Of a DNA stretch of 54,976 bases, positions 9,479 through 18,494 are shown in pieces (position 1 is the first letter of the stretch; each line of letters begins with the position of its first letter). Both the position numbers and the translations under genes were made by a program. Location: positions 1-54,976 of the IMG/VR virus record IMGVR_UViG_3300009124_000015. One strand, written 5' to 3'. This DNA comes from a virus (taxonomy: Duplodnaviria; Caudoviricetes). Under the pieces are notes generated by a model that saw only the letters and a program-made list of their open reading frames with translations, did no database searches and was not told where the DNA came from.

Positions 9479-9550
9479 GTCAGCTACCCGCTACGTTCAT
9501 TCGCGGCCCTGACACAACCGGAGCGGCTACCCACAGCCAAGTGGCCCCGC
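9479..9550 (+). promoter_or_regulatory. Twin hairpins with identical CUACC/GCC internal loops upstream of the scaffold RBS
   Basis: GTCAG-CTACC-CGC...GCG-GCC-CTGAC and GCGG-CTACC-CAC...GTG-GCC-CCGC. Confidence 0.65.
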
Positions 9551-9566
9551 ATGTGAGGTAAATAAA

Positions 9567-10466
9567 ATGGCAAAAAAAGTTCGCGGCCATCGCGGCAACA
9601 AACCCAACGATTCTTTCGGAACGATTAACAGCGACACTCTCTACAAAGGAAAGTACCGCGAAGAAGTCTACAAAGACGACGATGATGAATCCGAAGAAGA
9701 GGTTCAAGAGGCATCTTCCCAAGAAAAGGAAGACCAGCAAGTAGAAGAACAGGCTACTCAGCAAGAAAACTTTGCCGACCCCAAACCTTCTAACGAACCT
9801 GACTACAAAAAGCGTTACGACGATTTGAAGCGTCACTACGACGGAAAGCTCGAAGAGTGGAGACAAGAGAAGTCTCAACTAGAGGCCAAGTTTACCACGA
9901 TCCAAAACATTCCGTCTCAAGAATCGGGACTCGACCTAGATCAGTTTCAAAGTCAATATCCCGATGTGTACGCTGCTATCCAAAAGATTTCTTCTACGCA
10001 ATCAGAAGCACGTGTTAGAAATCTCGAAGGAGAGCTAGAGCAAATCAGAAAGCGGGAAAAAACTCTCGAAAAGCAAAAGGCGTACGAAGAGCTTCTCCGT
10101 TTGCAGCCGGAATTTGAGACGATCAAAGAATCTGAAGATTTTACGTCTTGGCTGCAAGATCAACCACAATCTATTTCTGATGGCGTATACAATAACTCAA
10201 CAGATGCCCAGTGGGCCAGTCGAGTTATTGATCTCTACAAATCTGACAGGGGTTTGACTAAAAAAACGTCTACTCGCACTCGCAAAAACGACGACGCGGC
10301 CATGTCCGTTTCTAAAACGGCGGCACGAGAAGTTGCTACGCAAACAGGCGATAAACGTATCTGGAAAGCTTCTGAAATCGGCAGGATGAAGCCGTGGGAG
10401 TTCGAAAAAATGGAAAAGGAACTCGACGCGGCACGTTCGGAAGGCCGAATCGACTACAAATCTTAA
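9567..10466 (+). CDS. Capsid scaffolding protein
   Basis: Acidic coiled coil, YKKRYDDLKRHYD, C-terminal AARSEGRI; directly upstream of the capsid gene. Confidence 0.8.
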   Translation: MAKKVRGHRGNKPNDSFGTINSDTLYKGKYREEVYKDDDDESEEEVQEASSQEKEDQQVEEQATQQENFADPKPSNEPDYKKRYDDLKRHYDGKLEEWRQEKSQLEAKFTTIQNIPSQESGLDLDQFQSQYPDVYAAIQKISSTQSEARVRNLEGELEQIRKREKTLEKQKAYEELLRLQPEFETIKESEDFTSWLQDQPQSISDGVYNNSTDAQWASRVIDLYKSDRGLTKKTSTRTRKNDDAAMSVSKTAAREVATQTGDKRIWKASEIGRMKPWEFEKMEKELDAARSEGRIDYKS

Positions 10467-10496
10467 CACTAACCTCAAAATAGGAAGGAAAGACCA

Positions 10497-11471
10497 ATGG
10501 CTTTTGATAGTGCATCAGGTTACAACAACCTGCCTTCCGGTAACTTTACTCCGGAAATCTTCAGTCAAAAGGTTCTCAAGTTCTTCCGTCGCGCTTCGGT
10601 TGCAGAAGACATCACGAATACCGACTACGCTGGCGAAATTGAGAACTATGGTGATACCGTCCGTATCATCAAAGAACCTACCATCACCGTTTCTAGCTAC
10701 TCTCGTGGCTCGGTGGTAAACCCGCAAGACCTCGCTGACGATCAGACCACTATGGTTGTAGATCAGGCGAACGCCTTTGCATTCAAGATTGACGACATTG
10801 AAGAGCGTCAGTCCCACGTCAACTTCGAGGCTCTTGCCACTTCTTCGGGTGCATACTCCTTGAAGCGCAAGTACGACGCCAACATCCTGTCCTCTATGGC
10901 TGCAGGTGCAGGTCTGACCGGCGAGTCCGGTGCTGCAACCGCTACCATTGGCGACATTGGTACGCTGGCTTCGGCTCTCGACATCGGCGGCGCAGGCACT
11001 CCGGGCGACACTGCAGTCAACACCATGCTGGTGATGGCTCAAGCCCTCGATGACCAGTCTGTTCCGGAAGAGAACCGCTGGTTCGTTGCTCCCCCGGCTT
11101 TCTACAAGCACCTGTTCTCGGCAGGTTCGAAGTTCGCAGAAGTTCAGGTAACTGGCGATGCGACTTCCCCGCTGCGTAACGGCCTTGTGTCGCTGGGCAA
11201 CATTGCTGGCTTCCAGTGCTACAAGTCTACTGCCCTCGTCTCAAACGGCGGCACTGACCAAGTAACTCTGTCGGGCCTCGCTACTGACGGGACTGAGAAC
11301 CTGCTCCTTGCTGGTCACATGTCCTCAACGGCTACCGCTTCGCACATCGCGAAGACCGAAGTTGTCCGTTCAACTGAAACCTTCTCTGACATCGTTCGTG
11401 GTCTCCACGTTTTTGGTCGCAAAGTTCTGCGTCCGGAAGCAATGGTTCGCGGCGTTGTTAGCCTCGACTAG
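10497..11471 (+). CDS. Major capsid protein
   Basis: NFTPEIFSQKVL, ITNTDYAGEI..GDTVRI, DIVRGLHVFGRKVLRPE; strongly biased codon usage. Confidence 0.92.
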   Translation: MAFDSASGYNNLPSGNFTPEIFSQKVLKFFRRASVAEDITNTDYAGEIENYGDTVRIIKEPTITVSSYSRGSVVNPQDLADDQTTMVVDQANAFAFKIDDIEERQSHVNFEALATSSGAYSLKRKYDANILSSMAAGAGLTGESGAATATIGDIGTLASALDIGGAGTPGDTAVNTMLVMAQALDDQSVPEENRWFVAPPAFYKHLFSAGSKFAEVQVTGDATSPLRNGLVSLGNIAGFQCYKSTALVSNGGTDQVTLSGLATDGTENLLLAGHMSSTATASHIAKTEVVRSTETFSDIVRGLHVFGRKVLRPEAMVRGVVSLD

Positions 11472-11488
11472 ATTAGGGAGATTCACTA

Positions 11489-11905
11489 ATGGCTACTTAC
11501 GCAGTTACCGATAACGGTGTAGCGGTTGCATCTGGTGCAAAACCCTACCTGCAAGAGGTTGTGCTGGACTTTTCCACCACCAATCTCGGCATCAACGAAG
11601 ACATCGACGCCCTGCAGATTCCGGCTAACACGCTGGTTCTGTGCGTCGGTATCGAACTCGTAACCGCAAGCTCCAACGCGGGTACGATTGATGTTGGCGA
11701 CGGCACCGCTGCTGACACGTGGGTCACTGACCTCGACGCAGACGGCGCAGTCGGCATTCAGGAGACTGGTTCTGCTGCTAAGTTCTACTTGGCTGCTGAC
11801 ACCATCGACGTGAAGGCCATCACTGCAATCATGGACGGTAAAGTCCGTGTGTTTGCCGTAATGGTTCCGATGAACGCTGCTGGCACCGCCGCAGCATTCG
11901 CCTAA
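11489..11905 (+). CDS. Putative capsid decoration/cement protein
   Basis: Beta-rich 138 aa protein co-transcribed after the capsid gene, with similar codon bias. Confidence 0.6.
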   Translation: MATYAVTDNGVAVASGAKPYLQEVVLDFSTTNLGINEDIDALQIPANTLVLCVGIELVTASSNAGTIDVGDGTAADTWVTDLDADGAVGIQETGSAAKFYLAADTIDVKAITAIMDGKVRVFAVMVPMNAAGTAAAFA

Positions 11906-11912
11906 CCAACTC

Positions 11913-11947
11913 GTCAGGGGGGCCACGTGCCCCCTTGACACCCTTTT
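11913..11947 (+). terminator. Hairpin after the capsid genes (probable terminator); its 3' arm contains TTGACA
   Basis: GTCAGGGGG...CCCCCTTGAC stem followed by CCCTTTT. Confidence 0.55.
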
Positions 11948-11990
11948 AATTATGTGATAAAAGCAGGAACCTCCTGCGGGGATAAATACT

Positions 11991-12287
11991 ATGCCACGCA
12001 AAAAGGAAGCACCGATCAAACGTACCACGTCGGGAAAGGGTGCAAACTACCGCCCTACCAAGTCAGGTGCGGGTATGACGGCAAAAGGGGTCAAAGAATA
12101 CCGTAAAAAGAACCCCGGTTCCAAACTCAAGACTGCAGTCACCGGCAAGGTAAAAGCCGGAAGCAAAGACGCAAAACGTCGCAAGTCGTTCTGTGCCCGC
12201 TCTGCCGGTCAGATGAAGAAGTTTCCGAAAGCTGCAAAAGACCCGAACAGCCGCCTTAGACAGGCACGAAAGAGGTGGAAATGCTAA
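11991..12287 (+). CDS. Highly basic small protein (DUF6321-like, from recall)
   Basis: RRKSFCARSAGQMKKFPKAAKDPNSRLRQARKRWKC. Confidence 0.75.
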   Translation: MPRKKEAPIKRTTSGKGANYRPTKSGAGMTAKGVKEYRKKNPGSKLKTAVTGKVKAGSKDAKRRKSFCARSAGQMKKFPKAAKDPNSRLRQARKRWKC

Positions 12288-12664
12288 CCGCATTGATCGG
12301 CCCCATCTCGCAACTTGCGGGTACGTGGCTCGAAGGAAAGGTCGAAAAAACCAAAGCCGAAACCGGTGCGAAGGTTGCCAAAGCGAAAGCCGAAGCGACC
12401 ATCATGGAAAAGAAAGCTACCGGTGAAATCGACTGGGACTTGGAAGCTATCAAGGGAAGCCAATCCTCGTGGAAAGACGAGTGGTTGGTTATTTTGTTTT
12501 CGGTACCCTTGATTCTTGCGTTCATCCCCGGGATGGAAGGCGTGGTGGCTAACGGCTTCGCACAACTCGACGCGATGCCGGAATGGTACCAGTATTCGCT
12601 CGGTGTAATCGTTGCCGCATCTTTTGGTGTTCGCAGCGCAACTAAATTCTTCGGGAAGAAATAA
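12275..12664 (+). CDS. Putative holin
   Basis: SWKDEW motif plus hydrophobic helices; upstream of the endolysin. Confidence 0.65.
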   Translation: MEMLTALIGPISQLAGTWLEGKVEKTKAETGAKVAKAKAEATIMEKKATGEIDWDLEAIKGSQSSWKDEWLVILFSVPLILAFIPGMEGVVANGFAQLDAMPEWYQYSLGVIVAASFGVRSATKFFGKK

Positions 12665-12864
12665 TGACACTCGTAATGGAACGTGTGCTGGCTTGGAAAA
12701 TTTTGCCACGTCTGATGATGATTATGATGTCCGTTTCGGCTTGGCGTGTCGTCGAATGGTTCATGACGCTTCCCGACCCGACAACTCAACAGTCCGCGCT
12801 AGTCAGTGTGGTTACCGGTGCAATGACCGGAGCCTTTGCCGTGTGGATGGGACACGAGAAATGA
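12664..12864 (+). CDS. Small two-TM membrane protein of the lysis cassette
   Basis: Two hydrophobic segments; coupled to its neighbours by stop/start overlaps. Confidence 0.7.
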   Translation: MTLVMERVLAWKILPRLMMIMMSVSAWRVVEWFMTLPDPTTQQSALVSVVTGAMTGAFAVWMGHEK

Positions 12865-13346
12865 AATACAACACATCACATTTTTTAGATAAGCTGATTG
12901 CACACGAGGGTATGGTCCTCACTGTGTATCAGGACACTCTCGGCATCGACACTATTGGTATCGGGCGCAATTTGAAAGACCGGGGGATCAGTAAAGAAGA
13001 ACTCGATTACATGGACATTCCGTCGATGGCTATCGTGTACGAACACGGTATCACGGAAGCGGATGCACGTTATCTTGCCATGAACGACATCAAGATCGTA
13101 GAGGACGAACTGTGTCGCGTACATTCGTGCGTCAATGACTTGGACGCGGTACGTCAGCTAATCCTGATGGACATGGCCTTTAATATGGGCGTGCCACGCC
13201 TCTGTAAATTCAAGAACATGTGGAGTGCGATTCACGAGCAACGCTTCGACATCGCATCCGTCGAGATGCTCGATTCGCGTTGGGCGACACAGGTAGGTTC
13301 GCGGGCTGTCAAGCTTTCGGACGCAATGAAGAAGGGAGAGTTCTGA
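12861..13346 (+). CDS. Endolysin, T4-lysozyme-like (GH24)
   Basis: HEG...YQDTLGIDTIGIGRNL catalytic E-D-T pattern, MAFNMG, EMLDSRWATQV; start reassigned to ATG 12861. Confidence 0.88.
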   Translation: MKYNTSHFLDKLIAHEGMVLTVYQDTLGIDTIGIGRNLKDRGISKEELDYMDIPSMAIVYEHGITEADARYLAMNDIKIVEDELCRVHSCVNDLDAVRQLILMDMAFNMGVPRLCKFKNMWSAIHEQRFDIASVEMLDSRWATQVGSRAVKLSDAMKKGEF

Positions 13347-13383
13347 TGCATTGTAAAGTAATTCGTAAGAATAGAGAAGAGTA

Positions 13384-13755
13384 ATGGTACAACCTGCCGC
13401 ATTTGATACCGCAACGGAAAGCGTGACCGTTACTGCTACTGCTGGTGGTGCTAGTTCTAATGTTATATATACTGCACCAAACTTTCACGATGCTACGGTG
13501 GAGTTCCTGCATATCAGTAATGGTGCAGCCTCTACAGATAACGTAAGCATACAGTGGTATCACAAAGAAGACAACGCATATTACACCATCCTAAATAATA
13601 AATCTATAAATGGTAATGACGTATATAACATGATTACGTCAGACAGATTACACTTACATGCTGGCGATAAGATTACGGCATTTAATGGTGGTGGTAGTAA
13701 TTTGGGTGTAACCGTTTCTGTAAAAGAATACTACAACCCTGCCCGTAAAGCATAG
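13384..13755 (+). CDS. Hypothetical beta-rich protein in an AT-richer segment
   Basis: Clean ORF with distinct base composition. Confidence 0.7.
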   Translation: MVQPAAFDTATESVTVTATAGGASSNVIYTAPNFHDATVEFLHISNGAASTDNVSIQWYHKEDNAYYTILNNKSINGNDVYNMITSDRLHLHAGDKITAFNGGGSNLGVTVSVKEYYNPARKA

Positions 13756-13767
13756 GAGATAGGAGAG

Positions 13768-14130
13768 ATGCCCCTCACAAAAAAAGGTTCTGAAATAAAA
13801 GCCGCAATGAAAAAGCAATATGGGGAGAAGAAAGGTGAAAAAGTCTTCTACGCATCAGCCAACAAAGGAACAGTTAAAGGAGTGGCGAAGGGGCAAAAAC
13901 TCAAGGCGGGTGGGTCAGTTGGAAAAGCTGGCAGCAAGGCGAAGCCTAAAACGAAGAGCAAAAGTAGAGTTAATGAAGCTGGCAACTACACTAAGCCAGC
14001 ACTGAGAAAAAGATTGTTTGAAAAGATTAAAGCTGGTAGCAAGGGCGGTAAGCCCGGTCAGTGGTCAGCACGTAAGGCACAGATGCTGGCACAGCAATAC
14101 AAAAAAGCAGGAGGCGGTTACCGCGACTAA
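13768..14130 (+). CDS. Lys-rich protein; C-terminal part resembles the first half of DUF5872 (from recall)
   Basis: NYTKPALRKRL..IKAGSKGGKPGQWSARKAQMLAQQYKKAGGGY; AGGAG RBS. Confidence 0.8.
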   Translation: MPLTKKGSEIKAAMKKQYGEKKGEKVFYASANKGTVKGVAKGQKLKAGGSVGKAGSKAKPKTKSKSRVNEAGNYTKPALRKRLFEKIKAGSKGGKPGQWSARKAQMLAQQYKKAGGGYRD

Positions 14131-14132
14131 CA

Positions 14133-14321
14133 ATGATGCACGTCTTTCTCCTGTTTGTTTTCTTGGGAACGGGAGAGGACAAGCGGATGGTCAGCAACGA
14201 CATGTATTTTCGCGACCTGAATGAATGCGTGTGGTACGCACAAAAACTCCACAAACAGGGAACTACGGTGACGGCGTACTGCCTACCGAAACTGGTCGAT
14301 AAAGATACGAGGGCGTACTGA
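14133..14321 (+). CDS. Small hypothetical protein with hydrophobic N-terminus and two Cys
   Basis: Tightly packed within the operon. Confidence 0.65.
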   Translation: MMHVFLLFVFLGTGEDKRMVSNDMYFRDLNECVWYAQKLHKQGTTVTAYCLPKLVDKDTRAY

Positions 14322-14322
14322 A

Positions 14323-14754
14323 ATGCTGGCTGAACTCGCGGCTGCAAATGCGGCATTCGCCGTAATCAAGACGGCGGTACAGAACGGTAAAGACATCGCC
14401 GCTGCCGGTAGTGCGATTGCTAACTTCGTCGGGGCCAAAGAAGACCTCCAACGCAAAGCAAACAGGAAGGGTGGCGGCTCCGATCTCGAAGAGTTTATGG
14501 CCCTCGAACAGATTCGACAGCAAGAAGAGCAACTCAAGACTATCATGATTTACGCGGGTCGTCCGGGTTTGTGGGGTGACTGGCAAAAGTTTCAGGCGAA
14601 GGCACGGGTTGCCCGACGAGAAGCCGAAGAGGAAGCGGCCCGCAAGCGTAAGAAGATGTTAGATATAGCGATTGTCACAGCGTTTTTCACTGTGGGCTTG
14701 ACGGTTCTCGGCTGTGTCGTTGCTCTCGCTCTCCACTCACAGGGGCGGTTATAG
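14323..14754 (+). CDS. Coiled-coil protein with a C-terminal TM helix
   Basis: Amphipathic N-terminus, charged middle, hydrophobic C-terminus. Confidence 0.7.
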   Translation: MLAELAAANAAFAVIKTAVQNGKDIAAAGSAIANFVGAKEDLQRKANRKGGGSDLEEFMALEQIRQQEEQLKTIMIYAGRPGLWGDWQKFQAKARVARREAEEEAARKRKKMLDIAIVTAFFTVGLTVLGCVVALALHSQGRL

Positions 14755-14762
14755 TTTTTTTC

Positions 14763-14791
14763 TTGTAAACTTTGTATAACTGTGCTATAAT
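14763..14791 (+). promoter_or_regulatory. Internal sigma70-type promoter
   Basis: TTGTAA-17 nt-TATAAT with extended TG and an upstream T-tract. Confidence 0.7.
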
Positions 14792-14813
14792 GTAACTATT
14801 CAAGGAGAGTTGC

Positions 14814-15035
14814 ATGGACCGCATGGTAATCGAAGCCCTCAAGCACAGATACGAAGCCGAGAAGGCAGATGCACGTGAGACATTTAAGACATCGGATATC
14901 ATGGAAGATATCGATGACGCCCTGCACAAGTGGTCCGTAGCAGACCGCAAGTTACAAGAGATACAACTCATAGAGTGGGAACTCGAAGATTATGGCGAAG
15001 AAGAAGAGCCAACGCTCTTTGACAGCGTGGACTAA
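14814..15035 (+). CDS. Small acidic hypothetical protein
   Basis: AAGGAG RBS immediately after the promoter. Confidence 0.75.
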   Translation: MDRMVIEALKHRYEAEKADARETFKTSDIMEDIDDALHKWSVADRKLQEIQLIEWELEDYGEEEEPTLFDSVD

Positions 15036-15252
15036 ACAGAAGTGGCGCACCAAGAGTGGGAAGCCGTCCACACAGGGTCCAAAAGCAACCGGGGAGCGAT
15101 ATCTACCGGCGAAGGCCATTAAGGCACTCTCCGCGAAAGAGTACGCTGCTACGACTCGCGCGAAGCGCAAAGCCACGAAGAAGGGCAAGCAGGTTGCCAA
15201 ACAGCCCAAGAAGATAGCGAAGAAGACCCGCGCATACCGGAAGGTACGATAG
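14992..15252 (+). CDS. Lys/Arg-rich protein resembling the second half of DUF5872 (from recall)
   Basis: QRSLTAWTKQKWRTKSG...GERYLPAKAIKALS.KEYAATTRAKRK. Confidence 0.75.
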   Translation: MAKKKSQRSLTAWTKQKWRTKSGKPSTQGPKATGERYLPAKAIKALSAKEYAATTRAKRKATKKGKQVAKQPKKIAKKTRAYRKVR

Positions 15253-15330
15253 AATGCCCATAATTGATCGCGCTTCTAAATACTATGTCGAAGAGTTTTT
15301 CGACCCAAACAAGACATAAGGGAGTAAACC

Positions 15331-15717
15331 ATGTCTGCAAAATCTAACTACTTGGAGAACAAGGTGCTAGACCACGTGTTAGGTACATCAGCGTATACTT
15401 CTCCATCTGCCTACCTTTCTTTGTATACGTCCGATCCGGGCGAGGGTGACACCGGTACGGAACTGTCCGGCAGCGGCTACGCTCGTCAGGCCGTATCGTT
15501 TAACGCAGCTTCGAGCGGTTCGGCAACCGGACCAACTGTTGCTAAAGAGTTCACTGCTTCCGGCGGTTCTTGGGGCACGGTAACTCATTTCGGTGTTCAC
15601 GACGCTTCGTCTACCGGTAACCTTCTTTACTATGGTGCCCTAACTGCATCCAAGACCATTGCAGACGGCGACACCCTTCGTTTTGCCGCAGATAGCATCA
15701 CCGTCACTGAGGCGTAA
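15331..15717 (+). CDS. Virion structural protein associated with the fibre module
   Basis: SNYLENKVLDH..G, YARQAVSF, WGTVTHFGVHDASSTGNLL; AAGGGAG RBS. Confidence 0.75.
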   Translation: MSAKSNYLENKVLDHVLGTSAYTSPSAYLSLYTSDPGEGDTGTELSGSGYARQAVSFNAASSGSATGPTVAKEFTASGGSWGTVTHFGVHDASSTGNLLYYGALTASKTIADGDTLRFAADSITVTEA

Positions 15718-15720
15718 TTT

Positions 15721-18000
15721 ATGGCCCTCGTTGTCGCTGACCGCGTAAAAGAAACGACTACGACCACTGGCACCGGCACGTACACACTTGCCGGTGCCGC
15801 GACTGGTTTCGAGTCGTTTTCTGCTGTCGGGGATGGTAACACGACATACTACTGCTGTACGGACGGCACGGACTTTGAGGTGGGTATCGGTACGTACACC
15901 GCTTCGGGTACGACCCTTGCGCGTACGACAATCCTGCAATCGAGTAACGATAGTCCTAGTGCCAATGCTGAAGTAAATTGGGGTACAGGTACGCGGGACA
16001 TCTTTGTTACGCAACCAGCAGAGAAGGCGGTGTATACGGAAGGTGATGGCGTAGTCCGTACAGAGGTAATTGAACCTGCTAGCGGTATAACTTACGATCC
16101 ACCGGGAAGCAGCGGCAACGAAACGGCGACAGATGTTGCTATTGCGCTACTGAGTGGGAAGCGCGTTGTCTTGGGGTATAATGGCTACATCCGCACTATT
16201 ATTGATGCGGAGTGGGGCCAGCCTTTAGAAATTGGTGCAAGCGGCACCAGTGCGTTTGCTACTACAGAAATCTACGGCGGCTCACAGGGCGTTAAGCTGT
16301 TCTATAACACGTCAACCAAGTTGCAGACGCTTACCGGTGGCGTGGATGTTACCGGAGACATTACTGTTTCTGGCACCGTTGACGGACGCGATGTAGCCAC
16401 AGATGGTACAAAACTCGACGGCATCGAAGCCAGTGCAGACGTAACCGACACCGTTAACGTCACCGCTGCCGGTGCGTTGATGGACAGCGAGGTGACTAAC
16501 CTTGCACAGGTAAAGGCATTCGACTCGTCCGACTACGCTACTGCGGCGCAGGGAACCACTGCTGATGCGGCCCTGCCTAAAGCTGGCGGCACAATGACCG
16601 GCAACCTCGAACTAAACAATGTGGATATTGTTTTTGAGGGCAGCACGGCAGACGCCAACGAAACGACCCTGACCGCAATCAACCCAACAGCGGACAGAAC
16701 AATCTCGTTGCCTAATCAGTCCGGCACCGCGATGGTCACCATTGGTGATAGCTATCGTTCTGGTGTGTCCCAGACGTACAGTGGCTCAACTTATCTCGTG
16801 GACGGAGAGTACCAAGAGATTGCCACCGTCACGCCCAGTGGCAGTTCGCATAACTACTTTTTTGCTGGCAGGATTATTGCCCAGTCCGGCCTAAACGCAC
16901 ACACGCTGAACATCAATGTCGCACTACGGTCTAACACACTGCCAGATTTGTCGTGGACTATTAACTACGACGAGGACGTTATCGGCACGGCGTCACGGTA
17001 CATCACGCCGGTTCTGTTTGTAAAAGAGACAAGCCCCGCCAGCTTCATCCTTGCCGTAGAAGTACACAGCACAATCTATGGGACGCTTACCGCCGACCTA
17101 GATTTCTTCGCGCGGACACAGGCTGACCTTGCTGACATCTCTGTCAACACGACGGACGGCAGCGAAATCACAGCGGTGCCTACCGATTACACTGCGTACC
17201 AGTTCACGAAGACAACCGCGCTGGATAACAACGATCAGTTTGTCTTTAACCAAGATGTTCAATTCACAGGAGACAGCTACAACGTAGTCTGGGACAAGTC
17301 TGACAACGCGCTTGAGTTTGCCGACAATGCGAAGGCAGTATTTGGTGCGGGTGGCGACTTACAGATTTATCATTCAGGCTCTAACTCTGCCATCCTTGAT
17401 TCTGGCACAGGAAATTTAATTATTGGCGCAAATGATTTTCAGGTAACCAACAGCGGGATAACAGAAAATTATATAAAAGCATTTAGTAACGGCGCAGTCG
17501 AACTTTACTACGACAACTCCAAGAAGCTGGAGACGACTACTCGCGGCATTGATATCGACTCGACAGGCTCTGGAAGCGCCGCCGGGGTTAACGTAACAAA
17601 AGACATTGTGTCCGGCACATTTTTTCAAGCGACATACAACGGGACGCTTGCTTCAGGCCGCACTTACAGGCTGCTGTCTCCTAGCACTGACAGCGCGTCT
17701 GAGCCGTTTGTTTGGGAAACCGGAAACTCTCACGCTTTCAACACAGACACTGTTGAACGGCTAAGAATTCACGACAGCGGTATAGACGTAAACGGGTTTG
17801 TGCGTTTTGAGGGTAGCACGGCGGATGCCAACGAAACCACGCTGACAGTCACAGACCCAACAGCCGACCGCACCATCACCCTGCCCGACGCTACCGGCAC
17901 CGTCATAACCACTGGCAACCTAGATGATTTGAGTAACTTTGACTACGGCTTAATAACCGGAGGTGTTACTGTAAGTAATGATTATGGAGCAATAACCTAA
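15721..18000 (+). CDS. Fibre protein (mosaic, 759 aa)
   Basis: [15 protein letters not shown]-terminus; [16 protein letters not shown]; two [13 protein letters not shown] modules. Confidence 0.8.
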   Translation: MALVVADRVKETTTTTGTGTYTLAGAATGFESFSAVGDGNTTYYCCTDGTDFEVGIGTYTASGTTLARTTILQSSNDSPSANAEVNWGTGTRDIFVTQPAEKAVYTEGDGVVRTEVIEPASGITYDPPGSSGNETATDVAIALLSGKRVVLGYNGYIRTIIDAEWGQPLEIGASGTSAFATTEIYGGSQGVKLFYNTSTKLQTLTGGVDVTGDITVSGTVDGRDVATDGTKLDGIEASADVTDTVNVTAAGALMDSEVTNLAQVKAFDSSDYATAAQGTTADAALPKAGGTMTGNLELNNVDIVFEGSTADANETTLTAINPTADRTISLPNQSGTAMVTIGDSYRSGVSQTYSGSTYLVDGEYQEIATVTPSGSSHNYFFAGRIIAQSGLNAHTLNINVALRSNTLPDLSWTINYDEDVIGTASRYITPVLFVKETSPASFILAVEVHSTIYGTLTADLDFFARTQADLADISVNTTDGSEITAVPTDYTAYQFTKTTALDNNDQFVFNQDVQFTGDSYNVVWDKSDNALEFADNAKAVFGAGGDLQIYHSGSNSAILDSGTGNLIIGANDFQVTNSGITENYIKAFSNGAVELYYDNSKKLETTTRGIDIDSTGSGSAAGVNVTKDIVSGTFFQATYNGTLASGRTYRLLSPSTDSASEPFVWETGNSHAFNTDTVERLRIHDSGIDVNGFVRFEGSTADANETTLTVTDPTADRTITLPDATGTVITTGNLDDLSNFDYGLITGGVTVSNDYGAIT

Positions 18001-18494
18001 TGGCTACACAAGTACAATTACGTCGAGGTACTACTGCCGAACACAGTACGTTTACTGGTGCTGTTGGTGAAGTTACCATCGACACAGACAAGGATGCTTT
18101 GGTTGTTCACGACAACTCACAGGCCGGTGGCTACCCCGTTGCAAGTCTCCACAATGCACAAGAGTATAGCGCAGCCCAGAACTTCAACGCGACGACACTC
18201 ACGGACGGCGCGACAATCAACTGGGATGCCTCTGCTAATCAAGTAACGAGTGTCACACTAGGTGGCAATCGTACCTTCGCTGCCCCGACGAATATGGTGG
18301 ACGGTGGTGCGTACGTTTTGATTGTCGTACAGGACGGTACAGGTTCGCGTACAATCACATGGAACTCCGTGTTCAAGTGGGTTGGCGGCACGGCACCGAC
18401 ACTGACCACTGCAAATGGTTCACGTGATCAGTTTGTCTTTGTGTCGAATGGTACGAACATGTACGAAATCGGAAGGGCTTTGGACGTAAAATGA
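18000..18494 (+). CDS. Fibre adaptor with an Mtd-N/hyaluronidase-like N-terminus
   Basis: [31 protein letters not shown]; C-terminal domain is duplicated in ORF 26383. Confidence 0.75.
   Translation: MATQVQLRRGTTAEHSTFTGAVGEVTIDTDKDALVVHDNSQAGGYPVASLHNAQEYSAAQNFNATTLTDGATINWDASANQVTSVTLGGNRTFAAPTNMVDGGAYVLIVVQDGTGSRTITWNSVFKWVGGTAPTLTTANGSRDQFVFVSNGTNMYEIGRALDVK

Noticed and set aside
18000-18494. Diversity-generating retroelement suggested by the Mtd-like N-terminus
   Set aside because: No reverse transcriptase and no template/variable repeat pair differing at adenines; only the generic N-terminal domain is present.
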